A DNA stretch of 63,307 bases, taken from assembly GCA_002496395.1 (NCBI GenBank), contig DAJQ01000023.1, positions 1 through 63,307 of the forward strand. The letters are read 5' to 3'. Shown in pieces: positions 16,659 to 26,082 of this stretch (positions within the stretch are counted from its first letter, which is position 1; every line of letters starts with the position of its first letter). The notes beneath the pieces were generated by a model. It had not been told where the DNA came from, did no database searches, and was given only the letters and a program-made list of their open reading frames with translations. This stretch comes from Methanocorpusculaceae archaeon UBA456 (GTDB lineage: Archaea > Halobacteriota > Methanomicrobia > Methanomicrobiales > Methanocorpusculaceae). The position numbers were made by a program, and so were the translations under genes.

Positions 16659-17240
16659 CTAATCCCCGCCTTCCTCACGTTCAAGCTCCACAAGAAAAGC
16701 TACAAGGAACGCATGCCTCTCTTCGGCTATCTCTGTTGCAGTCTCCGTGTACATCCGATCCTTCAGCTTCAGCAGCTTCTCATGGAAATGAGCGACCGCA
16801 CCCACAATCCCGGTGCCATCCTCACCCGCCTGCATAAATGTCCGGGCGATGCCGACTGCACCCATCGCATCCAGCTTGTCGGCATCCGAGAGGATCTCCG
16901 CCTCAAGCGTCTCCGGCGCAATCCCCGAGCTGTACCGGTGGGCACGGATTGCATGGGTGATCGGGTAGATCATATCACCGGGATATCCGATTGATCGGAG
17001 ATATGCCTCTGCCATCTCCCCCCCCTGCTCTTCATGGGGGATACCGGTCTCCTCCTCAAGGGGGCGGGCGATATCGTGGAAGAGGGCGGCCGGGATCAGG
17101 ATCGCCATATCCGCACCCTCCCGGATGCCGATAGTCCGGCAGAGGCGGGTGACCCGTGCGGTGTGATCGAACCCGTGCGACCCGGAGTCCTGAAGAAACA
17201 TCCGTACATGACTTGCGATCCCCTCAATCCCGCCATCCAT
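16659..17240 (-). CDS. HD-domain phosphohydrolase
   Basis: HGFDH...ALFHDI...DADKLDAMGAVGIAR; track start 17276 is an alternative. Confidence 0.88.
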   Translation of the reverse strand: MDGGIEGIASHVRMFLQDSGSHGFDHTARVTRLCRTIGIREGADMAILIPAALFHDIARPLEEETGIPHEEQGGEMAEAYLRSIGYPGDMIYPITHAIRAHRYSSGIAPETLEAEILSDADKLDAMGAVGIARTFMQAGEDGTGIVGAVAHFHEKLLKLKDRMYTETATEIAEERHAFLVAFLVELEREEGGD

Positions 17241-17358
17241 GGGATATGGTTCACTGTATGGCAGGAAAAGGATCACCTTTTGATCACCGGATGTGAAAAA
17301 GAGGAGGGAAGGGATACTTTCTCCTCCAGTTGATCCAGCCCCGGATGTTCAACCAGCA

Positions 17359-18435
17359 CTATGTATTCAGTTTGTTCTCAATCACCCGGATCGCACTCGC
17401 CTTGATAGCGGCAACCACATCCATGCCGGGGGAGAGATCAAGATCCTCTGCCGAACGGCTCGTGACGAGGGCAATGATCGGAAAACCGGCATTGAGATGC
17501 ACCTGGGTCAGGGGGCCGCCAAGAGGGATAACAGCAGTGATTGTTGCATTGAAACGATTCTGCGCCGAGCTTGTCTGGTCATCACTTACGTGGAGCGTCA
17601 CATCGGCTGCCCGGAAGGCAATCTCAACAGATCTGCCGGGAGAAACATTTGAAACGGCAATAACACTCACTCCGGCAATATCGATTGAGGCAAGACTCGA
17701 GGTCACAGCTCCCACCACACCAGAGAGAATATTCTCCATACCAATAAACCGGGCAACAGCCGTACTCTCTGGTGCTTCAAATACAGAATCAACAGATCCC
17801 TCCTGCATCCGGACACCATCGATGATCACCGCACAACGGGTTGCCATACGAAGGATCTCTTCCCGTGCGTGTGTCACCTGGACAATCGTGAGATGCCCTT
17901 CCCGGTGGATCCTGAGAAGATCAGCAATGATCTGTTCGCGGGCAATTGGATCAAGTGCGGCGAATGGTTCGTCGAGGAGGAGAATATCGGGATCAGAAGC
18001 AAGAGCACGTGCAATTGCCACACGTTGCTGCTCCCCTCCACTCAGAGTTCCCGGATACCGGTTTCTCAGATGGGAGATCCCAAACTGCATCAGAAGCTCA
18101 TCCACCCGGCGATCAATCTCATCACGAGGGCGTTTCTGCATCTTCATGCCAAACCCGATATTCTTCTCAACCACCATATGAGGGAAGAGCGAGTAATCCT
18201 GGTACACAAGAGAGATCCGGCGTTTCTCCGGGGGAACCATCGTTGTATTCAAGCCATTTATCAGCACTTCACCTTTCTCAGGGAAGTGAAGACCCGCAAT
18301 CGCCTCCAGGATAACGGTCTTTCCTGCACCGGATGGGCCGATGATAAAATAATAATCTCCCCTGTTGATCGTGATACTCACATCACGGAGTGCAAAGTCT
18401 CCAAGTGTAAGGGAGAGATGCCTAAACGCGATCAT
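17359..18435 (-). CDS. wtpC: Tungstate/molybdate ABC transporter ATPase with TOBE domains
   Basis: GPSGAGKT, LSGGEQQR, LLLDEPF, C-terminal TOBE; start MIAFR overlaps wtpB. Confidence 0.9.
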   Translation of the reverse strand: MIAFRHLSLTLGDFALRDVSITINRGDYYFIIGPSGAGKTVILEAIAGLHFPEKGEVLINGLNTTMVPPEKRRISLVYQDYSLFPHMVVEKNIGFGMKMQKRPRDEIDRRVDELLMQFGISHLRNRYPGTLSGGEQQRVAIARALASDPDILLLDEPFAALDPIAREQIIADLLRIHREGHLTIVQVTHAREEILRMATRCAVIIDGVRMQEGSVDSVFEAPESTAVARFIGMENILSGVVGAVTSSLASIDIAGVSVIAVSNVSPGRSVEIAFRAADVTLHVSDDQTSSAQNRFNATITAVIPLGGPLTQVHLNAGFPIIALVTSRSAEDLDLSPGMDVVAAIKASAIRVIENKLNT

Positions 18436-19234
18436 CGTGCCTCCCGATAAAGCGTGACAGGTAACGGAGTACCAAAAAAACTGCAAAGCATGCGACTATC
18501 ATAATGAACGCAATGGTGCTGCTCTCCTTGAGACCCCCGGTTGTGAAGCGGTAATAGAGCAGTGTTGAGATCACCATCGGATAATAGGCGATCATGATGA
18601 TGGCTGCAAATTCACCGATCGCCCGCCCCCATGAGAATATTGCCCCATTATAGATATATCGTGCAGAGAGCGGCAGGACAACGTGCAGGAATGCCGAAAA
18701 CCGGGTTGCACCAAGAGTTCTCGCGACATTCTCAAGATGCACCGGGACTTTCTCAAAACCTTCCCGTGCCGAATTGATGAAATATGGGGAAGAGACAAAG
18801 AGCATCGCAACAACAATCCCTGGGTAAGCATCCTCGAATGAAAACCCAATATCATAGAGAGGCCCCCCGATCAATCCCCGCTTCATGAAGAGGATATACA
18901 CAAGAATTCCTGCAACCGTGTGGGGAAGCATCAGAGGGATATCAACAATCGTCTCGACAAATCTCTTCCCCCGGAAATCTGTCCTGGCAAGTACATAGGC
19001 AAGTGGGATACCAAGGACCACCAGAATTACAATGGCGTTTGCACCGGCTGCCATGGTGAGTATGATCGAGTCGATCACCTTTGAGTCGGCTGCCACCTGT
19101 AGCAGATGGGGAATATCTGAGAGTTCCCGAATCGTCATATTCAGGAGGGCAAGCACGGTGAGCGAAAGAATGAGACCGCCGAGGAGGGAGAAGGAGATAA
19201 GGCAGCGATCACGGAGAACTGGGATTTGAGCCAT
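18422..19234 (-). CDS. wtpB: Tungstate/molybdate ABC transporter permease
   Basis: DIPLMLPHTVAG, EAA-like LENVARTLGA, WGRAIGEF. Confidence 0.9.
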   Translation of the reverse strand: MAQIPVLRDRCLISFSLLGGLILSLTVLALLNMTIRELSDIPHLLQVAADSKVIDSIILTMAAGANAIVILVVLGIPLAYVLARTDFRGKRFVETIVDIPLMLPHTVAGILVYILFMKRGLIGGPLYDIGFSFEDAYPGIVVAMLFVSSPYFINSAREGFEKVPVHLENVARTLGATRFSAFLHVVLPLSARYIYNGAIFSWGRAIGEFAAIIMIAYYPMVISTLLYYRFTTGGLKESSTIAFIMIVACFAVFLVLRYLSRFIGRHDDRV

Positions 19235-19264
19235 AGGTATCGGGCAGAAAAAGAGTTAAGGGTT

Positions 19265-20296
19265 TTAGGCGGTGAGCGCCTTCAATGCTGAAGGTACAGA
19301 GCCAAATCCGCCTGCCGGGACAACCGGGGGCTGGCCCTGGCCATCCATAATAGCCTGCCCGGTTGGGCCGATTAACATCTCGACAAATGCAAGACCTGCA
19401 TCAGGATTCTCTGCATTCTTCGGAACTGTTGCACCGTAGACAATTGGCAGGCCCTTCATCATGCCGCCTTCGGTTTCAATAAGAACAGTGGCATAGTCAG
19501 ACTCGTACTGGATGGATGAGAGATCGATTGCCTCAGGAAGTACGATGAATTTGAGATCGTGCTGCACAGCAACTGACTGGTACTCCCATGCATAGTCAAG
19601 GCCGCCGCTCTGAAGCATCTGGACGAGCTCAACAGATTTCGGACGAATCTGAATGTTGCCTTTTGGATCAGGCGATTTTGCATGGACGGTGAAGATACCA
19701 TTCTCTTCGGTCACCGTAATCGCAGAATTTGCTCCAACGAGCCGGTCAAAGATGGTATCATCGCCATAGTGTGCTTCTGCGAGCTGTATGGTCATCAGAG
19801 AGCGGTACCCGCAGGGGTCGAGATTGGGGTCAGAGAAGGCCCATGCCACATCGGATTTTTCGAGGATTGTATACCAGTTGTCTGCATTGATCTCATCCAC
19901 ATACAGGCTGTCATCTGTATAGCAGAGCACCATCCGGTTCTTGGCAAATGTAACATACCAGTCGGCATGCGATGGAACCAGCAGGCCCGGGATGAGCGTG
20001 TAGTCAGCTGAAGCAAAGACATCGGCACTCTTATCGAGGTCGGTTATATCCTTGGCAAGTTTTGTTGAGCCGGCAGGAACCAGCTGTACAGTGGTACCGG
20101 AATATTCAGCTTCAAATGCAGCCGCCAGCTCCTCGAAAGGAACCGTGAGGCTTCCGGCATGGAAGACCGTTACAACGCCGGAGATCGTCGGCGTGGTTGC
20201 AGGCGCTGCAGGTTCATCCAGGCCCACGCACCCGCAGAGGAATACTGCGGCCACAACAAGAGCCAGAGCGATGAGAATACTCTTCATCTCTTTCAT
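19265..20296 (-). CDS. wtpA: Tungstate/molybdate-binding lipoprotein
   Basis: Lipobox LCGC, FHAGSL, FASADY, DPNLDPCGYR, YAWEYQSVA, PIVYGAT. Confidence 0.9.
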   Translation of the reverse strand: MKEMKSILIALALVVAAVFLCGCVGLDEPAAPATTPTISGVVTVFHAGSLTVPFEELAAAFEAEYSGTTVQLVPAGSTKLAKDITDLDKSADVFASADYTLIPGLLVPSHADWYVTFAKNRMVLCYTDDSLYVDEINADNWYTILEKSDVAWAFSDPNLDPCGYRSLMTIQLAEAHYGDDTIFDRLVGANSAITVTEENGIFTVHAKSPDPKGNIQIRPKSVELVQMLQSGGLDYAWEYQSVAVQHDLKFIVLPEAIDLSSIQYESDYATVLIETEGGMMKGLPIVYGATVPKNAENPDAGLAFVEMLIGPTGQAIMDGQGQPPVVPAGGFGSVPSALKALTA

Positions 20297-20663
20297 ATCA
20301 GGAGATTGACGATCATATAAATTAAATATACCTATTTGTTTTTTAAGTAAATATAGTTTAATTAACTTAATGAACGATAATCGATCAGGATGAACATATT
20401 CAAAGGAGCACTGAGAAAAATGGGCACCATTTTTGCTCCGGAAGAGATACACCAAGAATGTCAGTAGATCCATGATAAGCATTTGTATTATTTCATATGA
20501 AAATTTAAGATTTTGTTCAGATAAAATTATAAAATGAGTTAATTTAATTTAGTTGATTAACTTAAAAATAGTTATTTATTTTATTCAATCAACATCTTAA
20601 TATCTGGTCTTTTCCGGAGATACAACCCCATTACTCGCTTAATGGGAAAAAGGGTGATAGTTT
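20297..20663. promoter_or_regulatory. AT-rich divergent promoter region
   Basis: Strongly AT-rich; imperfect palindromes AGTTTAATTAACT (20355-20367) and AGTTGATTAACT (20551-20562). Confidence 0.6.
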
Positions 20664-23600
20664 ATGACTTTATTGAAGAAGACTGCATTACTATTGTGCA
20701 TGCTGATGGCGCTCCTGCTCATCATCATGCCAGCAGCAGGAGCCACCACTGAGCTCCATATCGTAAAGTATGCTTCAGACGGTGAAACCGTCCTGGAGGA
20801 GACATTAAAAGACTATGCCTGGCTTGAAGAAAACCTGGACGTCCTTGGAGACGGGACAACGCATTATTCTCTCCAGGGGCCGGTCTTTGAGGGAGATCCC
20901 TGGAATCCCGATGAAGATACAAATCTCAAAGATCAGGGTGCTGTACAAGGGACAGATCTGGCGGATATCTGCGATCTGGTCGGCGGGATGTCAACAGGTG
21001 AAACGGTAAAAGTCATCGCTGACGATGGATTTTCAAAGACGTTCCCGTATTCAGTTGTGTATAATCCGGCGCCCAGACAGGGACCAATTGGAATCACATG
21101 GTACCTCGCAGGTGACGGATATGTCCCGGACTATTCCAGCGGAATGAAAGTGATCTTTTTTGCAGATGACGGCGTCTTTGGCGTCAATGATATGAAAGAG
21201 ACCTTCCCGGAGGAGTACTGGTACTACTATGAGCCAGACATCCCGACCACAACAGGTCTCTCGGTTAAATACGTTGAAAAGATTGCTATCATGAGCAATG
21301 AAGATGCACCTGAAGACGATAAGGAGACACTCTTTGATGATACCCTTGTGCTTCAGGATGAGACCTTTTCACTTGAGGCAACATCCGGAACCCCGTATGA
21401 TGTCGAGCGTCTCACCCCGCTTGGTGCACTCGAGGCAACTGGTCTCGACCTTACTGTAAACGACAAGTCATTTGCCACAAAGGGAATTCTTCTGGTTGAT
21501 GGAATCGGCGAATACCTCTATAACAAAGCGGACGGTACAACATGGATCTGCAATGTCAATGGAGAGACCCTTGATGACTTTGGCAACTATGAAACTGAGG
21601 GACTCAATATCTATCAGCTGAATGATGGAGATGTCGTCGAATGTTTCTTTGGTGTAAAACCAGTCACCCCCGAGACTGCAACCGCTTATGTCCGCATTGA
21701 AGTATCAGTTGACGGTGGATCTGCTCCCGGAGACTGGACCCTTGAGCTGGATGGTGCATTAAATGAACTGATTCATCAATCCTACTTCGAACAGGGGATT
21801 AACTGCGGCCATAGCGCAACCTATGAAGATGATGACGGCAACGTCTGGAGCGGAATGCCGCTCTGGTGGCTTGTCGGCTATGTGGATGACGGCAACAAAC
21901 ATGGCAGCGAAGCATTCAATGACGCACTTGCAGAACAGGGATACTCAATCAAAGTCATCGCAGGTGATGATTATAGCATCAACTTCCAGAGTGCAGCAGT
22001 TGCCCGGAACGACAACATCATCGTCGCAAACAAACTCAATGGTGAGCCACTCCCGGCAACCATCGGAGAGAAGAACAAACCCTGTTTCCCACTTCAGCTC
22101 GTCGGATCTGATGTAGCCAGCGGGCAGAAGATCGGCAATATCGTAAAGATTGAACTGATCGGACTCCCGGAACCAGAGACCGAATGGAGTGTCCTGCTGG
22201 ATGGAGCCTTCAAGAGAACCCTGACACAAACCGAATTTGAGGAGGGGGTCGCATGTGGCCATGCAGCACCTTACACAGATGCAAACAACAATGTCTGGAC
22301 AGGTGTTCCGCTCTGGTACATCCTCGCAATCGTGGATGATATCAATGCTGACAATCATTGGAAGTTCAACGATGATCGGTCAGATACCGGATATACCGTC
22401 ACTATCATGGCTGAAGATGGATATTCAAAAACATTCAACAGTGCTGATCTCGCACGGAACAATAACTACATCCTTGCAAACAAGATGAATGCAGCGCCGC
22501 TTTCAGCTGAAGACGGCTACCCGCTCAAACTCCAGGGCCCTGATCTGACCTCGGGTCAGCGTGTTGGCACCATCGCAACCATCAAGCTCAACGGACTCCC
22601 CGAAGGGCCGCAAGAAGGCGAATGGATACTAACTCTCAAAGGGAAACAGATAACAGCAGTCATTTCACAGAGCCTCTTTGAAGAGACTGCTGCCCTCTAC
22701 GCAGAAACCTATGATGATGGTGTCAGCATCTGGACAGGCATACCTCTCTGGCGTCTTGCTGCATTTGTCGATGACGACAAGATGAGAGGCACGAACTCCT
22801 TCAATGAAGAACTTGCAGAGACCGGATATACAGTCATCGTCTCATCCGGCGGTGCATCACCGTACAGCAAGGACTTCACAAGCCAGGAGATGGCAGAGAA
22901 CAAAAACCACTATATCGTTGCAAACACAGTCAATGGAACAGCTATACCAGGCAATTCATTCCCACTCCGTCTTGTCGGGGATGGAGCAAAGGGGAGCAAG
23001 AGCGTCGGTAATATCGAGACCATTGAACTGACTGAATTTGATACACCGACCGAAGCACCAGCTATACGGGTTGTCAAATACGCAGCCGATGGAGTAACGA
23101 TCATCCAGGAAGTGACAAAGGACTACCTCTGGATGAAGGAGAATCTCCCCGTCATTGGTGGCGAAAACGGAGTCCGGCTCCGCTTCCAGGGACCAACCTT
23201 CGACCCGGATGATCTCTGGAACCCTGATGAGACGAAAAATCCAAACAAAGTCGATGAGGTAGTACGTGGCACAGCGATAAAAGACCTCTGTGATCTGGTC
23301 GGCGGAGCCCCCGAAGGCAGTGAGATCATCCTGAAAGCAAAAGATGGATTTAAAACAACACTCAACTATACCAACCTGTATTCACCACTGGATCGCCAGG
23401 GTGAAGCAATTGTCGCATGGTGGACCGAACGCCAGGGATACGTCCCTGAATACTCAGATGAATACCGCAACTTCTTTAATACGCCTGATGGGATCTTCGG
23501 TGCCGATGATATGCGTACCACAATGAAGCAGGATTACTGGCACTACTACTGGGCAGATGGCATACAGTATCCCTCAGCTGCCGGTGTCTCCACGAAAAAC

Positions 23601-24638
23601 ATCGCTACAATCGAAATTCGAACAGGAACCCGGGAGAACTGGGAATTACTGCTGACTGGTGCAATATCAGATACCATTGACAGGGCATACTTTGAATCTG
23701 CAAAATCCTGTGCAATGGCCGGGCAAAGCCATCATGCCACCTGGACTGATGGAGATGATGAATGGTCAGGAATGCCTCTCTGGACATTGGTCGGCTGGGT
23801 CGATGACGAAAACAAGCATGATTTTGGATCTGATCCTTACCGTGATGATCTTGCGGATGAAGGGTACAATGTAACCATCATCGATTATGGTCCGGATGGA
23901 ATCAAAGGAACAGAGGATGATTTCTCCGCAACATTCCACAGCACCGTTGTGAAAAGAAATAACAATATCATCGTGGCCAATGAAATAAACGGCCAGCCAC
24001 TCCCGGCAGATGGTGAGAAACCAACATGGCCTCTCAGGCTGGTCGGATCAGATCTCACCTCTGGTAAACAGCGTGTCGGCAGTATTGATGAGATTGAGTT
24101 AACAAACCTCCCTTCGCAGATTGAGGCAGATGATCTCATTCAGCTCAGAGAAGGCTGGAACTTCATCTCAGTACCAAAACGACTCTCGAATGGGAACAAC
24201 ACCGCTCAGATCTTTGGTTCTGTAGATACAATGGACAGAAGCATCTGGGAATACAATTCCGCTGTGAAGCTCTGGAGAGCGGTCAAACTCACAGATCAGA
24301 TCTCACCCCTGAATGGGTTCTGGATCTACTCGGCTGAGGAATGTGAGATCGCCTTACTCTATGATGAAAACCCCGTCCAGACCCCGCCAACAAGGGAACT
24401 CTACAAAGGATGGAATGCTATAGGCTTTTCAGGTCTCGAACCTGCATCAGCACGGGACACACTCCTTTCACTTGGAGATCTGTGGACACAGGTTATCGGC
24501 TATGATTCAGTGAACCAGAAGTACGAGACTGCAATCATCCGTGGCGGCTCCGGAAGTTACAGCGATATGAAAGAGCTGTATCCCACACATGGATACTGGG
24601 TCTATCTGACCGGGAATGGAGAGCTTGCAAGCCTCTGA
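20664..24638 (+). CDS. Large secreted protein with six sulfite-oxidase-like (molybdopterin-binding fold) repeats, a DUF4430-like domain and a GWN-repeat C-terminus (1324 aa)
   Basis: Four repeats W[ST]G[MVI]PLW...A.D.YS..F...AN..NG.PL...PL.L.G; two repeats QGP.F...WNP.E..N...GT...D.C[D]LVGG; C-terminal LREGWN and LYKGWN. Confidence 0.85.
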   Translation: MTLLKKTALLLCMLMALLLIIMPAAGATTELHIVKYASDGETVLEETLKDYAWLEENLDVLGDGTTHYSLQGPVFEGDPWNPDEDTNLKDQGAVQGTDLADICDLVGGMSTGETVKVIADDGFSKTFPYSVVYNPAPRQGPIGITWYLAGDGYVPDYSSGMKVIFFADDGVFGVNDMKETFPEEYWYYYEPDIPTTTGLSVKYVEKIAIMSNEDAPEDDKETLFDDTLVLQDETFSLEATSGTPYDVERLTPLGALEATGLDLTVNDKSFATKGILLVDGIGEYLYNKADGTTWICNVNGETLDDFGNYETEGLNIYQLNDGDVVECFFGVKPVTPETATAYVRIEVSVDGGSAPGDWTLELDGALNELIHQSYFEQGINCGHSATYEDDDGNVWSGMPLWWLVGYVDDGNKHGSEAFNDALAEQGYSIKVIAGDDYSINFQSAAVARNDNIIVANKLNGEPLPATIGEKNKPCFPLQLVGSDVASGQKIGNIVKIELIGLPEPETEWSVLLDGAFKRTLTQTEFEEGVACGHAAPYTDANNNVWTGVPLWYILAIVDDINADNHWKFNDDRSDTGYTVTIMAEDGYSKTFNSADLARNNNYILANKMNAAPLSAEDGYPLKLQGPDLTSGQRVGTIATIKLNGLPEGPQEGEWILTLKGKQITAVISQSLFEETAALYAETYDDGVSIWTGIPLWRLAAFVDDDKMRGTNSFNEELAETGYTVIVSSGGASPYSKDFTSQEMAENKNHYIVANTVNGTAIPGNSFPLRLVGDGAKGSKSVGNIETIELTEFDTPTEAPAIRVVKYAADGVTIIQEVTKDYLWMKENLPVIGGENGVRLRFQGPTFDPDDLWNPDETKNPNKVDEVVRGTAIKDLCDLVGGAPEGSEIILKAKDGFKTTLNYTNLYSPLDRQGEAIVAWWTERQGYVPEYSDEYRNFFNTPDGIFGADDMRTTMKQDYWHYYWADGIQYPSAAGVSTKNIATIEIRTGTRENWELLLTGAISDTIDRAYFESAKSCAMAGQSHHATWTDGDDEWSGMPLWTLVGWVDDENKHDFGSDPYRDDLADEGYNVTIIDYGPDGIKGTEDDFSATFHSTVVKRNNNIIVANEINGQPLPADGEKPTWPLRLVGSDLTSGKQRVGSIDEIELTNLPSQIEADDLIQLREGWNFISVPKRLSNGNNTAQIFGSVDTMDRSIWEYNSAVKLWRAVKLTDQISPLNGFWIYSAEECEIALLYDENPVQTPPTRELYKGWNAIGFSGLEPASARDTLLSLGDLWTQVIGYDSVNQKYETAIIRGGSGSYSDMKELYPTHGYWVYLTGNGELASL

Positions 24639-24655
24639 TTATGTAAAGGTGTACT

Positions 24656-26023
24656 ATGAAATCCAGAATTCTCATTTTTTTACTTCTTTTCAGTATTTTC
24701 ATCGGAGCAGCGTCAGCAATTCCTCCTCTTCCAGCTGAGTTTTATGGAAGCGTAACAATCGATGGGATTGGCGCAGCACCGGGAACTGTCATCACCGCCA
24801 AGGTCAATTTCAATGAACGCGGTTCATTTACCCTCACAGAATATGGAGTCTATGGAGAAACAGGGATAGCGGGTTCGAGGCTTGTCGTTCAGGCAACTGA
24901 AGATGATATGGCATCAGGCAACCCCCTGGTAACCTTCTGGATCGGCGAGCTCAAAGCCGACCAGGAAGTACCATTTGAGAGCGGGACGACAAAAGAGCTT
25001 GATCTGACAGTCTCAGGTTCGGGAGAACCAGAGGATCAACCTCCTGTTGCATCAGGTGAATCATCCTTTGATGCAGGAGGGATCCAGGTACAGGATATTG
25101 GGAATGCACAGCAGATGACCATCAACCTGCAGGAGACAAATGCAATTGTAACAACAGAAGGAAACAGTATTCTCATGCAGAATGTTGGTAATGGCTGGGA
25201 GCAGATAACAGTCCGGACAAACGGCACGCCAACAGAAGGAGCCCAATCAATCACTGGAATCGTCACAGGAATTACTGCAACCACGACTCCTCTTACAGCG
25301 TCTATTGATGGTACTGTTGGAACAGCACATTCTGAGATTGAAATTGATCTCGGCAATATGCCCCCCTCTGATGCAAAGATAGCATCTACCCTCACCAAAG
25401 AGCCGGATGCAAATGCGCGAAGTGCTTTTCTCCTCACGGCCCAGCAATCTGGACATGGAATCCTTGATGTCGCATATGTCCTGAACATTCAGAAGACCAA
25501 TGTGGCAAATGCCGGAGATGGCGGACTGATACAGTCCGCAAAGATACGAATGGCAGTAAGTCCTGCCTGGGTTACTGCAATGGGAGGGGTTAATCGTGTC
25601 GTTATCATGCGCCGGGCAGATGATGGGAGTACAACCTCACTCACAACCACCATGATCGGCACCAGTAATGCCGGGGATTTCATCTTTGAAGCCAACTCTC
25701 CGGTAGGTCTCTCCTCATTTGCCCTTATGGGCCTTTCCGTTCCTGGAGGGGGAGGAAGTTCAGGTGGCGGCGGTGGATCCTCATCAACACCATCATCTGC
25801 GTTTGTGTATGAAACACAACCTGTCACACCAACACCAACGGAACCGGTGAGTACGCAGGCGCCTGTGGATGAGCGACCCTCACAGGAAGTGATCCCGGGA
25901 GTATCCGGGCAAACTGCAGCTCCAACACAGCCAGCTGAACCAACCCCTCCAAGCAACCTGCCACTATCACCCCTTATCCCGATAATTGCCCTGGGACTGC
26001 TCTTTCTTGTAAGGAGGAGGTAA
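24656..26023 (+). CDS. Cell-surface protein with PGF-pre-PGF-like domain and C-terminal sorting signal
   Basis: Signal; PPLPAEFYGSVTIDG domain; VSPAWV...FEANSP.GLSSFAL; Gly/Ser/Pro/Thr linker; PLSP, TM helix, RRR. Confidence 0.8.
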   Translation: MKSRILIFLLLFSIFIGAASAIPPLPAEFYGSVTIDGIGAAPGTVITAKVNFNERGSFTLTEYGVYGETGIAGSRLVVQATEDDMASGNPLVTFWIGELKADQEVPFESGTTKELDLTVSGSGEPEDQPPVASGESSFDAGGIQVQDIGNAQQMTINLQETNAIVTTEGNSILMQNVGNGWEQITVRTNGTPTEGAQSITGIVTGITATTTPLTASIDGTVGTAHSEIEIDLGNMPPSDAKIASTLTKEPDANARSAFLLTAQQSGHGILDVAYVLNIQKTNVANAGDGGLIQSAKIRMAVSPAWVTAMGGVNRVVIMRRADDGSTTSLTTTMIGTSNAGDFIFEANSPVGLSSFALMGLSVPGGGGSSGGGGGSSSTPSSAFVYETQPVTPTPTEPVSTQAPVDERPSQEVIPGVSGQTAAPTQPAEPTPPSNLPLSPLIPIIALGLLFLVRRR

Positions 26024-26082
26024 GGATTTATTCATCCTTTTTTTACACTGCCAGATACCTGGGATAAGTAACAGGTGTTTTC

